Shown: positions 1-8,728 of the stretch, one piece after another
Numbering within the stretch: position 1 is the first letter of the stretch
How the letters are laid out: the number at the start of each line of letters is the position of its first letter
DNA from: an uncultured Bacillota bacterium
GTDB lineage: Bacteria > Sysuimicrobiota > Sysuimicrobiia > Sysuimicrobiales > Segetimicrobiaceae
Assembly: GCA_963804645.1 (NCBI GenBank)
Contig: CAWDRG010000009.1
Location: forward strand, 1,248,001 to 1,312,000
Reading direction: 5' to 3'
Length of the DNA: 64,000 nucleotides
The notes under the pieces: generated by a model
Told to the model about the DNA's origin: nothing
Database searches by the model: none
The model's input: only the letters and a program-made list of their open reading frames with translations
Translations under genes and position numbers: made by a program

Positions 1-209
1 GGTTCGCGATCGGCGGCGTGCCGCCGCTCGGGCACCGGCGGCCGCTGGCCGTGTACGTCGACCGCACGCTGCTCGCGCACCCGATCGTGTACGCGGCGGC
101 CGGCACGCCGCGCGCGGTGTTTGGGGTCGCGCCCGACGCGCTGGCGCGCGCGGCCGGGGGGACCGTCGCGGACGTGGCGGAGGAGCCGTCGCCCGACGTC
201 GCTCGCTGA
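1..209 (+). CDS. YbaK/EbsC family aminoacyl-tRNA deacylase (5'-partial)
   Basis: FAIGGVPPLGH...VYVDRTL...VYAAAGTP motifs of the YbaK family; the frame runs off the window start. Confidence 0.85.
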   Translation, partial: FAIGGVPPLGHRRPLAVYVDRTLLAHPIVYAAAGTPRAVFGVAPDALARAAGGTVADVAEEPSPDVAR

Positions 210-232
210 CGCCGGCGGGCGCGGGACCGACG

Positions 233-1153
233 ATGGCCGTGCTGGTCCGGTCCGCGCGCGCCTCCGATCTTGACGCGGTGTTCGAGGTCTGGTGGGCGAC
301 CGCCCGCCCGGGCAGCGGCGCGGCCCCACCCGGGAGTCCGGCGCTCGTGCTGTTCCGGCACGAGCTCACCACGGGGCAGTTGTGGGTGGCGGAGGAAGAG
401 GGCGAGCTCGTCGGGTACGCGGCCTCGTTCGTCCGCGAGGGCGTCATGTTTCTTGCCGATCTGTTCGTCGTTCCCGCGCGGCAGTTGCACGGCATCGGCA
501 CCGCACTCCTGACCCAGGCACTCGAGCACCCCGCCGCCACCCGCTGCACGATGAGCTCCCTTGATCCGCGGGCGCTCGCGCTCTACGTCCGCGCGGGGAT
601 GCGACCGCGGTGGCCGCACCTGCAGCTCGCCGCCGATGCGCCGGATCTCGCGGCACTGCCGGGCAAGGATGTCTCGGTTGAACCAGCCGCGGTCGGCGAT
701 CCAGCGTTCGCGGCTTTGGACGCCCGCATCGGCGGCCGGGCGCGTCCCGAGGATCACGCCTTCTGGGTCGAGATCGGGGCGGTGCCGCTGTGGTTCGTGC
801 GCCGCGGCGCGCGCGTGGGGTACGGGTACGCGTGGATCCGGAAGGACGCACGCGGATCTGAAGTGCGGTTGGGTCCGCTCGGTGCCGCGACGCCTCCAGA
901 TGCCGCCGCGTCCGTCGGCGCGGCCTTTCGATGGGCCGCGGAGGCGGCGGCCTCGGCTGATCGGGGAGCCGCGCCGCGCACGTGGATGTACCGGGTCGCC
1001 CTCCCGGCGCCGCACGCGGCGCTCGAATCGCTCTTGGGAGCGCGGTTCCGCATCAGCGGGATGGAGATCTTCTGCTGCTCGCGCGACGATCTGTTCTGCG
1101 ACCCCCAATTGTACCTCGCGCTCGCGGGGCCGGAGGGGACGTCAATCTTCTGA
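233..1153 (+). CDS. GNAT family N-acetyltransferase
   Basis: LFVVPARQLHGIGTALL acetyl-CoA motif A; ALALYVRAGM. Confidence 0.8.
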   Translation: MAVLVRSARASDLDAVFEVWWATARPGSGAAPPGSPALVLFRHELTTGQLWVAEEEGELVGYAASFVREGVMFLADLFVVPARQLHGIGTALLTQALEHPAATRCTMSSLDPRALALYVRAGMRPRWPHLQLAADAPDLAALPGKDVSVEPAAVGDPAFAALDARIGGRARPEDHAFWVEIGAVPLWFVRRGARVGYGYAWIRKDARGSEVRLGPLGAATPPDAAASVGAAFRWAAEAAASADRGAAPRTWMYRVALPAPHAALESLLGARFRISGMEIFCCSRDDLFCDPQLYLALAGPEGTSIF

Positions 1154-1163
1154 TGGGTCCTCG

Positions 1164-2231
1164 CTACTTCCACACCTCGCCGTAGACTCGTGCCCAGTTC
1201 CCGCCCATAATCTGCGCCGCGTCGTCGTCCGAGTAGCCGCGTGCGAGGAGTCCGAGCGTCAGGTTCTGCCATTTCGCCATCGAATTCGCTTCTTCGGGAA
1301 AGATCCACGGCAGCGGCGGATATACGGACGGTTTGTACGGCCGGTTCGGCAGCTGGCCGAGTGCTCCGGTCTCCGTCATCATCTCCGCCGGATTGATCTC
1401 TTCGGTCAGGTCCGAGCCGAAGCCGACGTGGTCGACGCCGACGAGATCGACGACGTGGTCGACATGCGCAAGCAGATCCTCGAGCGTCGCCTTGGTGCGG
1501 CCGTCCGCGGTCAAGAGAAACGGGAGAAAGCAAATGCCCATGACGCCGCCGGTTCGCGCCATCGCCCGAATCAACTCGTCGCTCGCGCTGCGGGGATTGT
1601 TGCGCAGCGCCCGACACGCCGAGTGCGAGATGATCACCGGCGCGCGGGACACCTGGGTCGCCTCCAGGGCCGTCGCCTCGCCGGCGTGCGACACGTCGAC
1701 GACCATGCCCACCCGGTTCATCTCCGCCACCGCGGCGATGCCGAAATCGGTCAGCCCGCCCTGGACCCGTTCCTGGCACCCGTCGCCGAGCAGGCTCCGC
1801 TCGTTGTAGGTGACCTGCAGGGACCGCACGCCCGTGCGGTAGAGCGGCTCGATGTAGTCGGTGTCGTCCTCGATGATCGCCGGATCCTGCGTGCCGATGA
1901 TCACGCCGACCTTTCCGTCGGCCTTGGCGCGCCGGATGTCGTCCGCCCGGGCGACAAAAACGGCCTTGTCCGAGTTGTGGGCGACGCGGTGGTGCCAGGT
2001 GCGCACCAGCTTGATGCCCTCTGTGAACGTGTGGGCGTCCACGCCGGCCTGGCTGAACGCGGTGATTCCGCCGTCGAAGAGCCGCTGCAGGTAGGGCTCG
2101 TTGAAGCGCAGCGTCGAATGCGGATGCGCGATATGATCGGGGCACATCCCGTCGATGACGATCGCGCCCGCGTGCACGCGCGCCGCGCGCGTCCGCAGCG
2201 CATCGTTGACTGGGATCCGCACTCTCGACAT
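1164..2231 (-). CDS. Membrane dipeptidase (peptidase M19) family protein
   Basis: GMVVDVSHAG, ISHS, NPRSASDE, DHVGFGSD, IMGGNWARV motifs. Confidence 0.9.
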   Translation of the reverse strand: MSRVRIPVNDALRTRAARVHAGAIVIDGMCPDHIAHPHSTLRFNEPYLQRLFDGGITAFSQAGVDAHTFTEGIKLVRTWHHRVAHNSDKAVFVARADDIRRAKADGKVGVIIGTQDPAIIEDDTDYIEPLYRTGVRSLQVTYNERSLLGDGCQERVQGGLTDFGIAAVAEMNRVGMVVDVSHAGEATALEATQVSRAPVIISHSACRALRNNPRSASDELIRAMARTGGVMGICFLPFLLTADGRTKATLEDLLAHVDHVVDLVGVDHVGFGSDLTEEINPAEMMTETGALGQLPNRPYKPSVYPPLPWIFPEEANSMAKWQNLTLGLLARGYSDDDAAQIMGGNWARVYGEVWK

Positions 2232-2582
2232 GGCCGTGTCCCTTCTTTCCGCGGATGTGCCGCGTCACCTCGATCGCCTCAAGATCATCTGCGGTCGCGG
2301 CGGAATCCTTCGGGCTCCATCCCGACAGACGTTCGCCCGGGTCGTGGGTCAATCTGAAAGTCTGCGCCGCTTCCCGGACGGAGGAGCCGGCGGGCCATGT
2401 CGGCGCGATGCGCGTGACTCGTCCAGTCGGTGTTATACTACGGAGGTGAGGCTTCCCGGCTGGCCGGGATGCAACGATCGCGCTCATGCGGTTCGCACGC
2501 GATCGACCCGTTCCAGCGGCTCGGACGCAGGCGCACGGCGATTGACGTATGATCGATTCTGCTCTTCGCCGAGGTGACCTGA

Positions 2583-4517
2583 ATGGGCAACGGAAATTTT
2601 CGGCCGGGCACGTGGAGTAAGCTCCCGTCCAATTGTTCCCGTGATTACAACCTCACGTTTACACGCTGCGCGCAGTGGGGCAGCTACGCCTTCAACCAGT
2701 GCCTGTCGTGGATCGTCAACGCGACGGTGTCGTGCGTGCAATGGGCGTGGCAAGCGGTACAGACATGCGTGGCATGGGTTACCAATGCGACGCAACAGTG
2801 CGTCTCGTGGGCCCAGCAGGCCTCGCAGAACTGTTGTACCTGGTGGCCGTGCTCCTGGGGCTGCGCCATCGTCACGACCATCATCAGCTGGGTCTGCCTG
2901 CTGGTGCAGATCGTCGTCACGGTGGTCTGCGTCGTGTTCGCGATCATCGTCACCGTGTTCTGCGCCCTGTTCGCCGTCATCGTGACCGTCGCGTGCGCCA
3001 TATGGGCCGTGCTTGTCTACGTGTTCTGCGTGTTCTGGAGCGTGATCTCCATCATCTTCTGCATCTCCAACGCCAACGGCGGAACCGCGTTCCTGCTCAC
3101 CGACGGAACCGTGATGATGCAGGAGTGCTACGAATATGCGTACGGCGTAGGCATCCAGACCCGCAGATGGTGGAAGCTCTCACCCGACCAAAATGGCAGT
3201 TACGTCAACGGATCCTGGAGCCGTCTTGCGGATTCCACCCAGGCGCGGAAGTACTTCGCCTCCGCCGTGCTCGCCGACGGCAGGGTCCTGGTCTGCGGCG
3301 GTGAGTACTCTGACGCCGGAAGCGATACGAACACCTGCGAAATTTACGACCCCGTAGCCAACTCATGGACGGTGGTGAACACTCCCACGACCGGCGGGAA
3401 CCAGCCCCAGACATGGGGAAACATCGGCGACTCACCGAACACGGTACTGCCCGACGGCACATTCCTGCTGGGCTCGCTGAACTCCGCGAATATCGCCAAG
3501 CTCGCCCCGGCGACCCTCGCCTGGACAGCGATGAGCCAACGTCCGGTAGTGAGCAGCAGCGCTGAAGAATCCTGGGTGCTGATGCCCGATAACACCATCG
3601 CCACCCCAAGCTGTTCCGATGCCCCCACAACCTGGGTCTACGACATCGCCAGCGACCAGTGGAATCAGGGCAACAATCTGCCGACCAGCATCGTCCTTCC
3701 GCCCAGCGGAGACGTTCCTGAGACTGGACCGGCCCTGCTCCGCTACGACGGCACGGCCTTCTTCCTCGGCGCCAACCAGCACACCGCCGCGTACTCGGCC
3801 GCTGCCAACCCGCAGTGGACCAACGGGCCCGATCTGCCCCCGCTGTCCGGCTCGAACATCGGCATCATGGATGGCCCCGCCGCGCTGCTGACCAACGGGA
3901 ACATCCTCTTCGGCGCAGGTCCCATCGATGCCGCGGGGGACTTCCTGAGTCCCAGCTCCTACTTCGAATTCGACGGCACGCAATTCAACCGCACGAGCGA
4001 TCCGTCGAACAACAACTGCCCGACGTACGTGACCCGGCTGCTCCTGCTTCCGGACGGGAGCGTGATGTTCTCGCGCGAGGATGACTCATCGTTCTACGCG
4101 TATCAGCCCGCCTCCCCAACGCCGCAGGACAGTTGGCGGCCCGTCATCCAGAGCTGTCCTGCGAATCTCGTTCCTGGCAGTACGGTGCAAATCTCCGGGC
4201 TGCAGTTCAACGGGCTCTCGCAGGCCGTCGCGTACGGCGACGACTCCTCGGCCGCCACCAACTACCCGCTGGTCCGCGTCACCAACACCGGCAACAATCA
4301 GGTGCGTTACTGCCGCACCTTCAATCACACCACCACCGACGGCGGGGGCAACACCATTCCGTCCATGGGAGTGGCCACCGGCGCCGAGGTCATCACCACC
4401 AATGTCGCGATCCCATCGGATCTGAGTTCCGGCTCGTACGCGGTCGAGATCGTCGCCAACGGGATCGCGTCCCAACCCTTCAACGTGACGGTCGGCACCC
4501 GTCGCTCCGATGGCTGA
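2583..4517 (+). CDS. Kelch-repeat beta-propeller protein with N-terminal Cys-ladder insertion and C-terminal Ig-like domain
   Basis: Repeated LxDGxVLxxGG...YDP...W blades; C-terminal NYPLVR...IVANGIAS; 16-Cys segment at aa 18-160. Confidence 0.8.
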   Translation: MGNGNFRPGTWSKLPSNCSRDYNLTFTRCAQWGSYAFNQCLSWIVNATVSCVQWAWQAVQTCVAWVTNATQQCVSWAQQASQNCCTWWPCSWGCAIVTTIISWVCLLVQIVVTVVCVVFAIIVTVFCALFAVIVTVACAIWAVLVYVFCVFWSVISIIFCISNANGGTAFLLTDGTVMMQECYEYAYGVGIQTRRWWKLSPDQNGSYVNGSWSRLADSTQARKYFASAVLADGRVLVCGGEYSDAGSDTNTCEIYDPVANSWTVVNTPTTGGNQPQTWGNIGDSPNTVLPDGTFLLGSLNSANIAKLAPATLAWTAMSQRPVVSSSAEESWVLMPDNTIATPSCSDAPTTWVYDIASDQWNQGNNLPTSIVLPPSGDVPETGPALLRYDGTAFFLGANQHTAAYSAAANPQWTNGPDLPPLSGSNIGIMDGPAALLTNGNILFGAGPIDAAGDFLSPSSYFEFDGTQFNRTSDPSNNNCPTYVTRLLLLPDGSVMFSREDDSSFYAYQPASPTPQDSWRPVIQSCPANLVPGSTVQISGLQFNGLSQAVAYGDDSSAATNYPLVRVTNTGNNQVRYCRTFNHTTTDGGGNTIPSMGVATGAEVITTNVAIPSDLSSGSYAVEIVANGIASQPFNVTVGTRRSDG

Positions 4518-4569
4518 ACAGGGCACGGCCGCCAGCTGAACGACCACGACGCACCCGGAGGACACGAAG

Positions 4570-4893
4570 ATGAACCTGCGCGCCCGATTCAATCCCGGGA
4601 AGCGAACGCCGGCCGGCCCCGGCCCGGTGGATGACTGCGGGTGCGCCACGGGCGCCCAATTCATGGGTGTGGCGTTTGCCGGTTCCACAGCGTGGTATCT
4701 CTCGCGATGGCACGCGTATTCCGTTGGGGGAATCTGCGGGCGCGTCCTGCTCGTCTCCTTCGCCGCCGCCGTCCTGGGAAAAATCGTCGGCATCGTTCGG
4801 TACCGTTCGAAACACTCCCGGTCCTCACCGCCGTCACGCCGCCGTCAAGCCGTAGACAAGCACGCACTCGCGAATCTCGGAGAGCGTGGTTAG
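4570..4893 (+). CDS. Small membrane protein (two hydrophobic segments, DCGC motif)
   Basis: GGAGG RBS upstream; two TM-like stretches; follows the Kelch gene. Confidence 0.55.
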   Translation: MNLRARFNPGKRTPAGPGPVDDCGCATGAQFMGVAFAGSTAWYLSRWHAYSVGGICGRVLLVSFAAAVLGKIVGIVRYRSKHSRSSPPSRRRQAVDKHALANLGERG

Positions 4894-5044
4894 GAGCCAG
4901 GCCACTGCCTGGCGGGCGGAGAAATCGCCGACCCTTGGTGTGTCCGGAGCGCACAGTGACCCACCACCTCCGCCCGCCTCGCCCGTGTTGCCTTGCCCCA
5001 TGTGGGACGGCGTGCTATCATCCGTGCACAACCACATAGCAGCA

Positions 5045-5185
5045 GCCTTCGGGGCAGGGTGAGCCGGGCACGCGCTCGGCAATTCCCGATCGGCGGTACA
5101 GCCCGCGAGCCGGGCCGCGGTGGACGCGGCCGGGCAGGATCTGGTGAGAGTCCAGAGCCGACGGTATAGTCCGGATGGAGAAGGC
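5045..5185 (+). promoter_or_regulatory. FMN riboswitch (RFN element)
   Basis: TTCGGGGCAGGGTGA...AATTCCCGATCGGCGGT...AGCCCGCGA...GATCTGGTGAGAGTCCAGAGCCGACGGTATAGTCCGGATGGAGAAG; P1 GCCTTC/GAAGGC; directly upstream of ribD. Confidence 0.95.
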
Positions 5186-5203
5186 GCCAGCGTGTCGAGC
5201 CAT

Positions 5204-5241
5204 GCCCCGAGGGCGCAGTTTGCCTCGGGGGTTTTTGTTTT
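5204..5241 (+). terminator. Riboswitch expression-platform terminator
   Basis: CCCCGAGG...CCTCGGGG stem followed by GTTTTTGTTTT, just before the ribD ATG. Confidence 0.85.
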
Positions 5242-5242
5242 G

Positions 5243-6370
5243 ATGGCACCGATCCATACAGATGACGAGCGATTCATGCGCGAGGCGCTCGACCTCGCCC
5301 GGCGGGGGGCTGGGACGACCAGTCCCAATCCGATGGTGGGTGCCGTCGTCGTGGCGGACGAGGCGATCGTCGGGCGCGGATACCATCCCCGACCGGGCGA
5401 ACCGCACGCAGAGGTGTTCGCGCTCCGCGACGCCGGCGCCCGCGCGCTCGGCGCGACGCTGTACGTGACCTTGGAGCCGTGCGCCCACTGGGGGCGCACC
5501 CCGCCGTGTACCGAAGCGATCATCGGGGCGGGCATCCGGCGGGTCGTGGCGGCGATGCTCGATCCCGACCAGCAGGTCAGCGGTCGGGGCCTGCACCGGT
5601 TGGCCGAAGCCGGGGTGGCGACGAGCGTCGGCGTGGCCGAGCGCGACGCCCTGGACCTGAACGAGGCGTACGTCAAGCACCGGACCCTCGGCCTGCCGTG
5701 GGTGACCGCGAAGTGGGCGATGACGCTGGACGGGCGGATCGCGACCCGCTCGGGGGATTCCCGGTGGATCTCCGGGGAGCCGTCCCGCGCGCTGGCCCAC
5801 GAACTGCGCGCCGTGTCCGATGCGATTCTCGTGGGCATCGGCACGGTGCTGCAGGACGATCCGGCGCTGACCGCGCGCGGCACCGCGGGCGCCCGCAGCC
5901 CGCGGCGCGTCATCCTCGACAGCACCCTGCGCGTGCCGCCCGGCGCGCGCGTGCTCGCGCGGGACGGGACGCCGGTGCTGGTCGCCACGACGGAGCGGGC
6001 CGACCCCGAGGCCCGGCGCGCGCTCGAAGCGGCCGGCGTCGAGGTCCTGGCCGCGGGCGGCGCCGACGGGCGGGTGGACCTCCGGGCGCTGCTCGCCCAT
6101 CTCGCGCGCGCGGGCGTGATGAGCCTGCTCGTAGAGGGCGGGAGCGCCGTGCTCGGCGGGTTCGCGGACGCCGGGCTGATCGACACGGTCGTCGCGTTCG
6201 TCGGCCCCGCGATCGTCGGGGGGCCGGCGCCCGCGCCGGTCGGCGGCCGCGGGGTGGAGCTCTTGGCCCACGCGTGGCGCCTGGGGCGCATCGCCGTCCG
6301 GCAGCTCGGCGACGACGCCGTCATCGAGGGGCGCGTCCTCCGGCCTGACAGATCCGGGGGAGGCGCCTAG
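5243..6370 (+). CDS. ribD: Riboflavin biosynthesis deaminase/reductase RibD
   Basis: PNPMVGAV, HAE, TLEPCAHWGRTPPC, LLVEGG. Confidence 0.97.
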   Translation: MAPIHTDDERFMREALDLARRGAGTTSPNPMVGAVVVADEAIVGRGYHPRPGEPHAEVFALRDAGARALGATLYVTLEPCAHWGRTPPCTEAIIGAGIRRVVAAMLDPDQQVSGRGLHRLAEAGVATSVGVAERDALDLNEAYVKHRTLGLPWVTAKWAMTLDGRIATRSGDSRWISGEPSRALAHELRAVSDAILVGIGTVLQDDPALTARGTAGARSPRRVILDSTLRVPPGARVLARDGTPVLVATTERADPEARRALEAAGVEVLAAGGADGRVDLRALLAHLARAGVMSLLVEGGSAVLGGFADAGLIDTVVAFVGPAIVGGPAPAPVGGRGVELLAHAWRLGRIAVRQLGDDAVIEGRVLRPDRSGGGA

Positions 6371-6372
6371 CG

Positions 6373-6996
6373 ATGTTCACCGGGATCGTCGAGACGACCG
6401 GCGTCGTCCGCGCGCTCGCCGCGGGCGACGGCGGCGCGCGCATCGTGGTGGAGGCGGGCGCGTTTCTCGACGGCGCCCGCGTCGGGGACAGCATTGCCGT
6501 CAACGGTGTGTGCGTCACCATCACGCGCACCGGGGGGCCGCTGTTTGAGGCCGACCTCGGCGCGGAGACGCTGCGGCGCACCACGCTGGGGCAGCTCCGG
6601 CCCGGCGCGCCGGTGAATCTCGAGCGCCCGCTCGCGGTTGGCGACCGCCTCGGCGGGCACGTGGTGCAGGGCCACGTAGACGGCGTCGCCCGCGTGGTCG
6701 AGCGGCGGCCGGACGGGCCGGGATGGTGGGTGGAGATCACGCTCCCGCCCGCGCTGACCCGGTACGTGGTGGAGAAAGGCTCGATCGCGGTGGACGGGGT
6801 GAGCCTGACGGTCGCGTCGATCGCGCCCGAGCGGTTCGGCGTCTCGCTGATCCCGCATACGTGTGCGGCGACGACGCTCGGGACGCTCCGCGAGGGGGCG
6901 TTCGTCAACCTCGAGGTCGACGTGCTGGCGAAGCACATCGAGCGGCTCGCGGCGCCGTATCTCGGGGCCGCTCGCCCGGAGGAGGATGGGAAATGA
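6373..6996 (+). CDS. ribE: Riboflavin synthase
   Basis: MFTGIVE start; GDSIAVNGVC, GGHVVQGHVD. Confidence 0.97.
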   Translation: MFTGIVETTGVVRALAAGDGGARIVVEAGAFLDGARVGDSIAVNGVCVTITRTGGPLFEADLGAETLRRTTLGQLRPGAPVNLERPLAVGDRLGGHVVQGHVDGVARVVERRPDGPGWWVEITLPPALTRYVVEKGSIAVDGVSLTVASIAPERFGVSLIPHTCAATTLGTLREGAFVNLEVDVLAKHIERLAAPYLGAARPEEDGK

Positions 6997-8222
6997 TGGT
7001 CGAGCCCACGAAGGCCGCCGACGTGTTCGCGCCGGTGGAGCACGCGATCGCGCGGATCCGCGAGGGCGGCTTCGTCGTCGTCGTTGACGACGAGGATCGG
7101 GAGAACGAAGGCGATCTGGTGATGGCCGCCGAGCGGGTGACCCCGGAGGCGGTCAACTTCATGCTGAAGCACGCCCGGGGGCTGATCACGGTCCCGCTCA
7201 CCACGGCGCGGCTCGCGGCGCTGGATCTCCCGCAGATGGTCTCGCACAACACGTCGCACCAGGGCACCGCGTTCACGGTGTCGGTCGGGGCCACCCATCA
7301 GATCACGACCGGTATCTCGGCGCACGATCGTGCCGCGACGATCCGGGCGCTGGTGGATCCGGCGACGCGGCCCGATGATCTCTCGCGCCCGGGCCACGTG
7401 TTTCCCCTCCGGGCGACGCCGGGCGGCGTGCTGCGGCGCGCGGGCCATACGGAAGCGGCCGTCGACCTCGTGACGCTGGCCGGCCTGGAGCCCGGCGGAG
7501 CGCTGTGCGAGATCATGAGCGACGACGGGACGATGGCGCGGCTGCCGGATCTCGCGCGGTTCGCGGAGCGGCACGCGCTGCCGATGATCTCCGTGCGCGA
7601 TCTCATCCGGTACCGGCTGGCGCGCGACCGGTTCATCCGCCGCGAAGGCGCGACGCGGCTCCCGACGACGTTCGGGGAGTTCACCGCGGTGGTGTACGAG
7701 AACACGCTGGACGGCGCGAGCCATCTCGCGCTGACACTCGGCGACCTCAGCGGGGACGCGCCCGTGCTCATCCGGATGCACTCCGAGTGCCTGACCGGCG
7801 AAGTGTTCGGGTCGCTCCGCTGCGACTGTGGCGACCAGCTGCGGATCGCGCTCGAGCGCATCAGCGCCGAAGGCCGGGGCGTGCTGGTGTACATCCGCCA
7901 GGAAGGCCGCGGGATCGGCCTCACCAACAAGATCCGGGCCTACGCGCTGCAGGACGCCGGCAAGGACACCGTCGAGGCGAACGAGCTGCTCGGGTTTGCT
8001 CCCGATCCGCGCGACTACGGGGTCGGCGCGCAGATCCTCGCCGACCTCGGGCTGCGGCGCGTGCGCCTCCTGACCAACAACCCGGCGAAGCGCGTCGGGC
8101 TGGAAGGGTACGGGATCGAGGTCGTGGAGCGCGTCGCGATCGAAATCCCGCCGAATCCCGAGAACTACCGGTACCTCAGCACGAAGCGGCACAAGCTGGG
8201 GCACCTCCTCCACCTCGAGTGA
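6993..8222 (+). CDS. ribBA: DHBP synthase / GTP cyclohydrolase II
   Basis: DDEDRENEGD, RAGHTEA, HSECLTG...RCDC, QEGRGIGL. Confidence 0.97.
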   Translation: MMVEPTKAADVFAPVEHAIARIREGGFVVVVDDEDRENEGDLVMAAERVTPEAVNFMLKHARGLITVPLTTARLAALDLPQMVSHNTSHQGTAFTVSVGATHQITTGISAHDRAATIRALVDPATRPDDLSRPGHVFPLRATPGGVLRRAGHTEAAVDLVTLAGLEPGGALCEIMSDDGTMARLPDLARFAERHALPMISVRDLIRYRLARDRFIRREGATRLPTTFGEFTAVVYENTLDGASHLALTLGDLSGDAPVLIRMHSECLTGEVFGSLRCDCGDQLRIALERISAEGRGVLVYIRQEGRGIGLTNKIRAYALQDAGKDTVEANELLGFAPDPRDYGVGAQILADLGLRRVRLLTNNPAKRVGLEGYGIEVVERVAIEIPPNPENYRYLSTKRHKLGHLLHLE

Positions 8223-8728
8223 TGGCCGGCGCCCCGGACGGGATCGAGCGCGGCGACCGGCGCGGCGCGGGACTGCGCGTCGCGATCGCGGTCAGCCGCT
8301 TCAACGAGCACATCACGCGCCGCCTCCTTGCCGGCGCGCGCGAGGCGCTGCGCCGGTGCGGGGTGGACGACGGCGCCGTCGGCGTCGCGTGGGCGCCCGG
8401 GGCGTTCGACCTCCCCGTCGTCGCCCAGGCGCTGGCGCGCTCCGGGCGGTACGACGCGGTCGTGTGCCTCGGGTGCGTGATCCGGGGCGATACGGCGCAC
8501 GACCGGTACATCGCGCTCGGCGCCGCGGTCGGGCTGGGCCGCGTCGCGCTCGACGCGGGGCTCCCGGTCACGTTCGGCGTGCTCACGACCGAGACGCTGG
8601 CGCAGGCGGAGGACCGGAGCGGCGGCGCGCACGGCAACAAGGGCGAGGACGCCGCGCTGGCCGCGGTCGAGCTCGCCAACACGCTGCGCGGGATCGTCGG
8701 CGGCCCGCCGGCGCGGGGTGCCGGATGA
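8222..8728 (+). CDS. ribH: 6,7-dimethyl-8-ribityllumazine synthase
   Basis: SRFN, PGAFDLP, GCVIRGDT, FGVLT, GNKG. Confidence 0.95.
   Translation: MAGAPDGIERGDRRGAGLRVAIAVSRFNEHITRRLLAGAREALRRCGVDDGAVGVAWAPGAFDLPVVAQALARSGRYDAVVCLGCVIRGDTAHDRYIALGAAVGLGRVALDAGLPVTFGVLTTETLAQAEDRSGGAHGNKGEDAALAAVELANTLRGIVGGPPARGAG

Noticed and set aside
2232..2582. Riboswitch in the divergent intergenic region (minus-strand CGGGATGGAGCCCGAAGG resembles the ykkC 3' hairpin; CTTTCAG resembles glycine)
   Set aside because: The remaining conserved cores of those aptamers are absent; cannot be supported without a covariance search.
2583..3062. RiPP precursor interpretation of the Cys-rich segment
   Set aside because: It is fused within a 644-aa propeller protein and no modifying enzymes or transporter are nearby.
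5120..5242. N-terminal extension of RibD from the ORF track
   Set aside because: It overlaps the FMN riboswitch and terminator; the true start is probably ATG 5243.
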